A stretch of 64,000 nt of DNA from Octopus sinensis (lineage: Eukaryota): the NCBI RefSeq assembly GCF_006345805.1, contig NC_043000.1, forward strand, positions 146,196,001-146,260,000, in the 5' to 3' direction. The notes under the pieces were generated by a model. It did no database searches. It was not told the DNA's origin and saw only the letters and a list, made by a program, of their open reading frames with translations. Each line of letters begins with the position of its first letter. Position 1 is the stretch's first letter. Shown piece after piece: positions 28,641 through 39,379 of the stretch. The translations under genes and the position numbers were made by a program.

Positions 28641-29050
28641 ACTCTTTTACTCTTTTACTCTTTTACTTGTTTCAGTCATTTGACTGCGGCCATGCTGGAG
28701 CACTGTCTTTAATCGAGCAACTCGACCCTGGGACTTATTCTTTTGTAAGCCCAGTATTTATTCTATCGGTCTTTTTTGCCGAACCGCTAAGTTACGGGGA
28801 CATAAACACACCAGCATCGGTTGGCAAGCAATGCTAGGGGGACAAACACAGACACACAAACACACACATGCATATATATACATATATACGCAGGCTTCTT
28901 TCAGTTTCCGTCTACCAAATCCACTCACAAGGCTTCGGTCGGCCCGAGGCTATAGTAGAAGACACTTGTCCAAGGTGCCACGCAGAGGGACTGAACCCGG
29001 AACCATGTGGTTGGTAAACAAGCTACTTACCACACAGCCACTCCTGCGCC
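28641..29050 (-). mobile_element. tRNA-derived SINE (family B), full length
   Basis: Head GGCGCAGGAGTGGCTGTGTGGTAAG...GGTTCAGTCCC, internal microsatellite and (AGTAAAAG)n tail; homologous to 50024-50562. Confidence 0.85.
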
Positions 29051-30868
29051 TATATATATATATATATATAAGCCTGTGTGTGTGTGTGCGTGTAATTCCT
29101 GTCATAGTGTATGACAGTGGACACAAAATGAGATAATATAAAAAAGGAAGAAAAAGGCAGAAAAAGGGGGAAAGAAAGAACAAGGAGGGAGAAGAGGGAA
29201 AGGAGTGTGTATTTTAGGCGGGTGGGAATGAAGTTGGTAGACATGTTTTAGAATGGTGAAAGACTTCAATATAAAAATATTTTTTTGAAAAACGTGTAGC
29301 CAATAGGAAGGTGCTTACAATTGTTGGCTATACATTTAGATGTAGAAATAGATAAATAAATACATAAAATTGATAGCTGCAACAATGCAAAATGAAGTAA
29401 ATGCAAAAGTGAAACCAAAACTACCATTCATGTTTTACCTTGTATTGCTCCGATATTTGGGGGATTAGAACCCCTTCAACGGGACACATGAAGAAATGGG
29501 AAAATGGAATAGAGGTGTTATTTTTGCTCAGATATATGCACAGACTAGTATTATAAAACTAACTTGTCAGTCATGTGCAGTTCTTGTCTGTGATTTGATT
29601 CAGAATATTCTATCCCCGAAATTTCGAAGACATACATATCTTTTACATTATTTTAGAATTTTAACAAGTTTTAATCTAATTTAATATCACACAATGCTTC
29701 GCTCAAAGCACTTCATATTTGCATATATCTTATTGCATTACAGAGACATAATTAAGTTGAATTTATCTAGGCTTATATGATGTATAGAAGTGTAAAGACG
29801 CTGTCGTATCATCAAAAATCCTACGTACATAACTGCTCGCTGAACTTCATTGTAAGACCTCTCTTCATTTGCTTAACATAATGCAAATCTAACCGGAGAA
29901 GATGCCTCTTGAAATATAATGAAATGTAGAAAAATACCCTTGCTAAGGCTGTAGTCTTACATTCTCCAGTCATATAAAGATTTGCATAACATTGCTAGTT
30001 TACCATCCAGTCATCGGCACATTTGCATAATCACCAGGACTGTGTGACAAAAGACAAAATATGAAGAATAACAAATGTCAAAAATCAGCACCAGTAATTT
30101 ACCCCTGCCGTGTATATCTTTGTGTGTGTGTGTGTGTGTGTATGTACGAGGGTTTGTGTTAAAATATCTAAACAGAAGGACAGATATGTAGATCTGAGAG
30201 TGAGAGACGGAAAGATGAAATAAAGAGTGGAAGACATATAAAAGCAGGCTTGTACATGATAAACTGATGTTTCAATATCTTACAATAATATCCCCACACA
30301 ATAATTACTGCATAACGTTTTTCATTTTCCTACTTCCCATTTCCTGACTGCTGACTCGTCCCTGTATTGATACAGGAGCATCCTGTGCTCCTTTCTTTAT
30401 ATGTATATTTCTTTATACTCTCTGCTTTTAAATTTCATATAGATTTGTTGAGAAAAGGGAACACTTTGTCAAGAGAAAAATTGATTCATACATACAAACA
30501 CATTTGATGTAAATGCATTGGAGAGTGTATATATTAGATAAGTATGATGCAGTGGTTGAGACTTCTATTGACGGCTGTATGCTTAAAGTAATTCTCAGAT
30601 AGCATGAGTATATCACAGCATGACAAGTTAGGGTCTTTAGAATTGGCGGTATAGCAGGTGAAATCTTACATTTTCTACGTAGCGCAAATTTTGGGTTGAT
30701 CAGTGGACAAAAATAAAAGTATCTGAATAAAATGCCTCATGCAGTTATTGCACTTGGTAACTTATGGCCTCCAAACCAGACTTTCTAAATCATTCAGCCA
30801 CATGTATTCAAGCATAGTGCATACCGATATGTGTGTGTTCGTGCATGTGTATTTATGTGTGATGTGTG

Positions 30869-30911
<43 letters not shown>

Positions 30912-30989
30912 CACTATTTGTTTAATATATATATATATCAACAATATTCTATACATATATGTATGCATGTATGTATTTATGTATTGAAA

Positions 30990-31105
30990 CTTAATTAGCA
31001 TTGGTATTTCTCTCCTTTCCATTTTAGATTTGTTACTGTGTTTTAATCTATACACTGTTGGACAAACGTTTATCAGGGGCTGCGATTCATGTAAAAGCGT
31101 GTATG
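30990..31105. repeat. Dispersed repeat fragment, also at 45828-45945
   Basis: TAGCATTGGTATTTCTC...ATACACTGTT.GACAAACGTT shared between the two sites. Confidence 0.7.
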
Positions 31106-31196
31106 TTTGTACATATATATATGTGTGTATATTTATAGATAGATACATACATACATATATATATGTAAGAGAGGGTGTGTGTGTGTGTGTGTGAGG

Positions 31197-31257
<61 letters not shown>

Positions 31258-31416
31258 ATATATATATAATGTGAAATAGAAAGATGAATAATCTTGTAGT
31301 AGATTAATCAAAAGTTTAACCGATACCTTAGTAGCAAAAATCACAGCAGTAAACAGCACGGTTGGAGGTACAACCATCTGGCGTTGCAACCGTGCGTTGG
31401 TGCGGATAATTGAAAT

Positions 31417-31647
31417 TAAAACATTATTGGTGAATTGAAGAAATGGAGCTGAACGCAGATTGAACAGAAATCGTTTTATTTCATTCTACACGTGTTTCGA
31501 AAGGCACAAATTACCAAAATCCGATTGAATAATGGTCCCATTATTCAATCGGATTTTGGTAATTTGTGCCTTTCGAAACACGTGTAGAATGAAATAAAAC
31601 GATTTCTGTTCAATCTGCGTTCAGCTCCATTTCTTCAATTCACCAAT

Positions 31648-31656
<9 letters not shown>
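31417..31656. repeat. Perfect palindrome: 119-bp identical arms with a 2-nt spacer (TC), ending in (TA)n
   Basis: 31417-31535 is the exact reverse complement of 31538-31656 as read by eye. Confidence 0.95.
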
Positions 31657-31733
<77 letters not shown>

Positions 31734-31734
31734 A

Positions 31735-34700
31735 TGTCTATGCATGTGTGTGGTGATTGTCTATACTTTATGCAGAGTTTGTTTGACCACCTCCTGTTCC
31801 TACACCTTAACCCCATCATGGCATCTGCTGTGGCTTTTAAAACCAGACATGTTCTGAAAGACACCCACATAGATCGCACCTCCGAGTTGGACCACCAAGA
31901 GCAGCAGATAAATTCTGCTCTTTGTGAATCTTAAAATGTTTTTGAGGCCTCCGTTGGATTTGCAAACCTTCTGGCATACACTGCATTCAAATGTATGCAC
32001 AGACATATTGGCAGAATAGTTGGTGGAGGTTCGTTTTCCATTCGTTCACAGATGAGATTTGAGACCAGCAAAAGACAGGAATGGTCTGTCACAGACTGTG
32101 CACACAAAAAGGTCATTGTCATTCACCTTCTCGATCGTTACATTCTTTCTTCGATCTCTTTTGAGTCTTACATGCGTTATCTTGACCTTTTCAAATGCTT
32201 TCACTCCAACTCACACCTTTCGTCGCTATCCAACTCCATCCGAAGCAAGGGTTTTAATATCTTCTGGAAGCATTCCAAGTGACTTCATAGTTGTCCTTAT
32301 GCCGTCCTTAAACCTATTTTTAGGTTTACACTAATAGTGTTTCCCCTCTGCAAGCTCACCATAAAAAACTGTTTCAGCTTGCGTTCGTCTGTCATACGAA
32401 CAATAAGGCCACGCCATCTTAATTGGTTCCTCAAAATCATAGCTTTGATTTAGGTGATGCCGGCAGATGTAGGACATCTGTCTTTGGAGTAAAAGAATAC
32501 CATTTAATTTTTTTAATGCGATGAAGGTATTTTTGGTGAAATTGTTCTAACAATTTAAAATGCCTTTCATAACAAGTCCAAGTTTCACAGGTATACATCA
32601 CGGATGGTAAGACATATAACTTGTAAAGAGCCAGCTTTGTATTCATATTTTTATGTCGCTGGCACCAAACGCGGGAAACCAAGCCAGCAAATGCTTTTGC
32701 TGCTCTTTGAATTCGCGGATGTTTTTTCTGCATCAAGATTTCCATCACTTTGAACAGAGCTTCCAAGGTAGACGAATGAATCCACAACTTCAAGTAACTT
32801 TCCCTTAACAAAAAATTTAGCGGGTGTTACAAACAGCACTACACGCAGGTTGATGCATTACAACTTTTTTTTTATCAAGTTGATGTTCATGTCAAAATCA
32901 TCACAAGCCGGAGTCAAAAGCAGATAGAAGACATTGCAGTTTCAGAATGACTGACAAGATTGCAATAATCAGCATACAAAAGTTCCCTAATAAGTGAATT
33001 AAAAACTGTTTTGAATTTCAGTATGGTCAGATTAAAAACATTCCCTGTGATTCGATATTTCATGTAAATACCCTCCTCAGAGATTTGAGAAGCATGTGAG
33101 AACACATCAGCAAAGTATATTGCAAAAGTTTGCAACATTTAACTTTTTGGGTACCTTAGGGCCAGACTGTCGATTTTTAAGAATTATCGAAAAATCTATT
33201 TTTCACGCACTAGATGATGGTCAGTCCATCTCTCATGGCTTAAACGCTAGAAAAGTATTTCATATCAAGTTTTCTTATTAGAATATAATCTATGAGATGC
33301 CAGTGCTTAGATCTTGTGTGCATGCTAAAACAGAGTGTTGTTGACAACCAGATTATTCTCAGTACAAAACGTCAAAAGAGTGTTGTTGACACCCAGATTA
33401 TTCTCAGTACAAAACGTACAAAACACCATGTCGACCTAAAACAGGCCACGAAACATAGTCCTTTGAGTGCATCAAGGTCTCCTTACTTTACTCTATTTTC
33501 CACTGCAAAAGATTCAGGGAGCCTACCACCAAAGTTAATTCTAGCTTTCATATCTTAATGCAAAGTCCTGATCATGTTTACAAATTTTTCTGGGCAACAT
33601 ATTTTCCTTAGAATTAGCCGCAGAGCATTTCGATTAACTGTATTGAATGCTCTTCTCAAATCAACAAAGCAATGGTCTAGAGCAAGATTCTGTTCAATGC
33701 ACTTTTCTTGTAATTGTCTGATAATAAAGATACAGTCAGCAGTGCACCTGGAGGAACCAAAACTACACTGAGACTCAGACACTATAAATGAAACTATAAA
33801 GGTATTTAAACCTTCTAACAAAATGCAAGCAAGTACCTTTCCAACCATAGACAAAAGTGAAGTCTCACGAAAATTACCACACAAATCGTTTGGACTCGAT
33901 TTATATAAGGAGACTAAAATGGTATCAATCCAGTTTTGAGGCACTTTCTCATTTCTCCAACAGTGACTAATTAATATATTTAAGAGTTCAAACATTTTGT
34001 CACACACATCCCCACCATATTTCAAGATTTATGCACAGATTCCGTCAGCTCTCGAGACTCATTATTATTCAACTTATTCACAGCTAAATGAATGCCATTT
34101 ACAGTTGGTTGAAATGTCATCTCTTCTATAACTCGAAGGTGTTCAATTTTTTCTATCGTCCTCATGTCAACGGATGATGGTCCATTCCAAAGAGCAGAAA
34201 AATGTTCTACCCAACGCTTATGAATAATCCTATTCATTCTACCCAATGAATAGAATCGGTGTCAGTATGAAGAAAACGGCAATTCACTGTTCTCATTGGA
34301 GCCATTGAAGAAGATTTTGTACCATATACCTCCTTAACTTAGGGTACAAAACCATTGGCATCATTTCTATCAGCTGCTTCTTGTGCCAATGTTGCTCTAT
34401 CATTCCACCATTCCTGTTTAAGTTTCTTTAGAACAGTCTGAACTTTCCTTTTCAGCGTTCTGTAAGCTTCGTTGGAGTTGGGGTTCAAGGAGTGAGAAAG
34501 AAGTGCATTGCCTACGTTTTGTTATTCTAAAAGTAGATCATAAATTTCTGCTGATCTATCTGAGAATCAGTCACTGTAATTATGTGATTCAAATCCCACT
34601 GACGATACTTTCTATAGTATCATGGAATCTTTGCAAGTTGCTTGATAACTTAAAGTTTGCAACATTTAACTTTTTGGGTACCTTAGAGCCAGACTGTCGA

Positions 34701-35860
34701 TTTGTAAGAATTATCGAAAAACCTATTTTTCACGCACTAGATGATGGTCGGTCCATCTCTCATGGCCCAAACGCAAGAAAAGTATTTCATATCAAGTTTT
34801 CTTATTAGAATATAATCTATGAGATGCTAGTGTTTAGATCTTGTGTGCATGCTTAAACAGTGTTGTTGACAACCAGATTATTCTCAGTACAAAACGTCAA
34901 AAGAGCTACTCCATTTTTATTGCATTTTTCAGTACCATGTCGACCTAAAACAGGCCATGAAACATAGTCCTTTCCAACTGTTGCTTTGAAAATTCCCAAT
35001 ATGACCAGCTTGTCAGAAATTGGTACGTTCCTCAATAATTATGCTAGATCATTGTACAACTGCCCTACAGTTTCCTCATAATGAGACATTGTTGATGCAT
35101 AAATACTGACAATGGTAAGAAACCTACCTTCTTTCAGTTTAATAAGGCATGACATGATCCGTTCAGATATACCACTTGGAAGCTCTGCAATGGAGGATAC
35201 TAATGCGTTCTTGAGAGCAAAGCGAACACCTGATTCTCTACGCTGACCCTTAGGCAACCATCTCCAAAGATAGTATATCCATAAGTAGGTTCATTTACTT
35301 GACCTCACGAGAGACACGAATTTCAAAGAGCGCAACAGTGCGCCCTTCTGGCCATTTGTCAAAATTACCATCAAGAAGTGTGCGCACATTCCAACAACCA
35401 AAATTCAAAGGATTTTTAGTTTTACTTTTTCCTGGAGATTGTTTAACAACAGTGGAAGGATGACGACCGGGTCCAGCCTGTGATACACCTGGAACACCTG
35501 CCTAGCCAGATCTGTTCCCCTGACGTCCCAAGCCTTTTTTTTTGCCATCTACTGAATCTGAGATAATTTAGAGTAAGTTTCAAGTGCACTTTTAGGTTTC
35601 TGCCAACCAACCAATTCAATGATTTTACAAAGATTTAGAGTACAAGAAGTACCTGATTTGCAGATGAATAATTTTCAGTGGGCTTAGCTTGCACTGCACT
35701 ACCCCGACCTATTGCCACAAGAAGACTTTCGCCGGTGTGACATGAAAGTGAACAACACCAGGAACTCCTAATGCCTCAGGTTTTATTTCGGAGATTTCGT
35801 CCTCCTACGTAGATTACCAAACGAGGCTAAAGAACTTCTACCTGCCCATGATGTAAGCTA
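31735..35860 (-). mobile_element. Near full-length decayed RTE-clade LINE (APE endonuclease + RT + C-terminal zinc finger)
   Basis: NFGCWNVRTLL and RRESGVRFA..ERIMS...TIVSIYA (APE); VPQNWIDT..LYK, ESQCSF, FIIRQLQEKC, FVDLRRAFNTV and LLYADY (RT); KLLEQFHQKYL; FECSVCQKVC (zinc finger). Many stops and frameshifts. Confidence 0.92.
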
Positions 35861-36157
35861 TTCCATTTCAGACACCGAATCGACACTCTAAGAAGTAATA
35901 AAATATCCCTCCGGTGACCAAGGCGGATTAGCTCATTCATAAAAAAAGAGAAAGGTACGAAATGTGATTTACAAATGTAAATAAGATTATATATAAATAT
36001 TAAAAAGTAAAAGATATGCAATAAATATGTGTATTTAAAAGTACAGATATAACATATATATATACATATGTTACTTGTTTAACAGATACGATATGGAAAT
36101 AAGAATTACATATCAATAATATTGTATAAATAAAACTAAAAGATATGCAATTAAAAA

Positions 36158-36215
<58 letters not shown>

Positions 36216-36421
36216 GAAGTATAAAATTACTAAGTCTCTCTAAGGTAGATTACGGCAGCGTTACTGGATATTAATAGTTATCGCCATACTAATGCACACA
36301 GGTTCGTGTGTCATATAGCTAGCTAGAGGTGATGGCCTCTTGCAGCTAATCAGCGACAGCTTTAGTATTATATTTATAGACTGCCATATTAGTATGGCGA
36401 TAACTATTAATATATATATAT

Positions 36422-36465
<44 letters not shown>

Positions 36466-36466
36466 G

Positions 36467-36499
<33 letters not shown>

Positions 36500-36620
36500 A
36501 TGTATGTATGTATGTATAAGTAAAAAAGGGCGGATGAACTCCTGAACAGTCAATGGCCACCCAACATAATGTCTGTAAATATGTATATATATTTTTTATA
36601 GGCACATATACATTTTTACT

Positions 36621-36663
<43 letters not shown>

Positions 36664-36666
<3 letters not shown>

Positions 36667-36864
36667 TTGAGCAACAATTTAGATTCAAATGAATATGGTA
36701 CTTAATTTAGATGCACCAGATTTTTTATGGTGTTTCCCATAAAAATATGCGGGGTGATTATAATCAAAAATAAGCAACAAGAATGAATCCGGTAATTTAT
36801 TATGATACAATTGTACTAAATTACCGGATTCATTCTTGTTGCTTAATTTTGTGTATATATATAT

Positions 36865-36896
<32 letters not shown>

Positions 36897-37098
36897 ATAT
36901 AAGTTGAGCAACAATTTAGATTCAAATGAATATGGTACTTAATTTAGATGCACCAGATTTTTTATGGTGTTTCCCATAAAAATATGCGGGGTGATTATAA
37001 TCAAAAATAAGCAACAAGAATGAATCCGGTAATTTATTATGATACAATTGTACTAAATTACCGGATTCATTCTTGTTGCTTAATTTTGTGTATATATA

Positions 37099-37133
<35 letters not shown>

Positions 37134-37135
37134 AG
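36664..37135. repeat. Exact tandem duplication (237-bp period) of a PLE-type tail with an internal 29-bp inverted repeat
   Basis: 36664-36900 is repeated at 36901-37135; arms 36771-36799 / 36817-36845. Confidence 0.9.
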
Positions 37136-37723
37136 TATCATATATGTATATATGTATGTATATACACAGTGCTATAGGTATAATCAAATCAAAATTGAAA
37201 AACAAAATGCATCTCTTATTATAAAAGGCAGATTTTATCTGCCTCCCTTTGGGTGTTATACAAATCTACAATATAGGATTTCTTCAATTACAATTTACCT
37301 TGCATTTTTAAGAGTACAATGCATCGCGTCATGCCAGCTCCAGTTTTTAAAATTTAAACTCCAGTTAAGCAAAATTTACAGAAAACTCACATTCTGGTGT
37401 GTGTGTCAAATGCTTTTCTTAGTCTGGTTTACACCACACGCAAACGCACACACACAGTGGGCAACGAATAAAATGAAACTAATTCACTAACTGTAGTGAG
37501 TGATTCTTTCACTCTGCCTCCCACTTCTTCTTTCTACACAGACACGCAAATATATAAATAAAATTGTAAGCTAACGTGCGTGTGTGTGAGTGGGTGTGTG
37601 TGGGTGTGCGCGTGTGTGTGTGTGTGAGGGTGCGTGTGGTGTGTGTGTGTGTGGCGTGTGCGTGAGTGTGTGACAGGAAGTTTTTTTACGACGAATATAA
37701 CACCTATATCCAAGTAGCAGAAA

Positions 37724-38098
37724 GATAAGACAGTAAGGTGTGATTTGAGGGAGATTTGGCTGCTATTTCTACCATGTCTAGCTGCCATGTAGGGGTCTCC
37801 CTCATAGGCTCATACATACATATATATACATAGATAAGACAGTAAGGTGTGATTTGGGGGAAATTTGGCTGCTATTTCTACCAGGTCTAGCTGCCATGTA
37901 GGGGTCTCCCTCATAGGCTCATACATACATATATACATAGATAAGACAGTAAGGTGTGATTTTGGGGAAATTTGGCTGCTATTTCTACCAGGTCTAGCTA
38001 CCATGTAGAGGTCCCCCTCATTGGCTCATATATATATACATACATAAGACAGTAAGGTGTGATTTGAGGGAGATTTGGCTGCTGTTTCTACCAGGTCT
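37724..38098. repeat. Minisatellite, about 3.6 copies of a 103-109 bp unit
   Basis: GATAAGACAGTAAGGTGTGATTT..GGCTGCTATTTCTACC recurs at 37724, 37833, 37940 and 38043. Confidence 0.92.
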
Positions 38099-38164
38099 GT
38101 TAGGCCTTCTCATGTAAACTCAAGCTTTCTCATGCCTTCAACATATGACCAAAGCAGAGAATGT

Positions 38165-38395
38165 ATTCTTTTATTCTTCTGCTTTTTCCAGCCATTGGTC
38201 TGTGGCCATGCTGGGGCAATGCCTCGAAGAATTGTAGTTTAATGAATCAACTCCAGTTTTATTTTTGTAAGCATTGTACTTATTCTATCTGTTTCCTTTG
38301 TCAAACCACTAGGTGACAGGGATGTAAACAAACCAACATTCGTTGTCAAGCAGTGGTGGAGGACAATCACAAGCACAGACACGCACACACACACA
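38165..38395 (-). mobile_element. 3' half of a family B SINE, diverged
   Basis: GGCCATGCTGG...TACTTATTCTATC...GTAAACAAACCAAC.TCG.TTGTCAAGC matches 28690-28860. Confidence 0.7.
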
Positions 38396-38418
38396 CATAC
38401 ATGCATACACATATACAC

Positions 38419-38449
<31 letters not shown>

Positions 38450-38467
38450 TATGTGTGTATATATATA

Positions 38468-38726
38468 TTGCAGCGTGGAAGGTGTTTGTAAGCCATTTAA
38501 GAAACACACAAAAATCGTTACATTCACTTCAACATTTAAATTTAATTTGCCAAAATATTTTCGTCGCTTTCAGACCGCGACCTGTTCACTGACAAAAATA
38601 TCGTGCTAACAGGTCGCGGTCTCAAAGCGACGAAAATATTTTCACAAATTAAATTTAAATGTTGAAGTGAATCTAACGGTTTTTGTGTGTTTCTTAAATG
38701 GCTTATAAACACCTTCAACGCTGCAA
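38468..38726. repeat. Fold-back element, 119-bp arms (38468-38586 / 38608-38726), 21-bp spacer
   Basis: Arms are reverse complements with a few mismatches. Confidence 0.92.
38546..38596 (-). ncRNA. Type I hammerhead motif with a G3-C8 swapped core
   Basis: UUUGUCA-GUGAACA-G-GUCGC-GGUCUGAAA-GCGAC-GAAA-AUAUUU-UGGCAAA: helix I 7 bp, helix II 5 bp, palindromic AAUAUU helix III. Confidence 0.6.
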
Positions 38727-38886
38727 CTGTTTTCGTTCCAGCACACGATCTCAGATCAAGTCACTTGCTATGCAAGTACATCTCTGTAACTATATATATA
38801 TTATATATAATATATATGTATATTGGTAAAAACAGTAAGATAACAAAAGAAAGAAAGGGACCTCAATATTATGTAAATAGAGGAAA

Positions 38887-39281
38887 TCTTTATATATAAA
38901 AGTGAGGTTGTGTGTCTGTCTCCTACGATTTAGATTCCTAACTACTCCCACATTTTGCGGTGCAGTTTTACCAAAACCGGGTATCTTATAGTCGTGATTC
39001 ATATCGAGACCGTCTGGGTATTAGCGCGCGTCTACGATGAGTCTACGATTAAAAAAAAAAATTACCATCAATTTTTCCCATTTTTAACCCATTTTTGACA
39101 TATATAAGGGAAGTAACTCTCTAAAATTTATTATTAAATCTCAGAACGTAAAAAGCTACAGTAACACCCCTCCCCCTTTGTGGTTAGCCATATTGAGATG
39201 GCTATTATACTTTACATCTCTAAAAATGCTTATATAATTATTTCCCTTACAAACCCGAGCAACGCCGGGCGATACTGCTAG
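38887..39281 (+). mobile_element. Non-autonomous Helitron
   Basis: A|TCTTTATATATAAAA 5' end; 3' hairpin CCCGAGCAACGCCGGG followed by CTAG|T. Confidence 0.85.
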
Positions 39282-39379
39282 TAATATATAAGTGTGCGTG
39301 TATGAATATATACATGTATATGTATATATGTATGTATGTATGCTTGTATGTATGTATGTATGTATGTATGTATACACAT

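Noticed and set aside
35780-35860. HDV-like or twister ribozyme at the 5' end of the large RTE
   Set aside because: No CC/GG P1.1 or convincing P2; the GTCCCAAGCC at about 35525 lacks the twister flanking elements.
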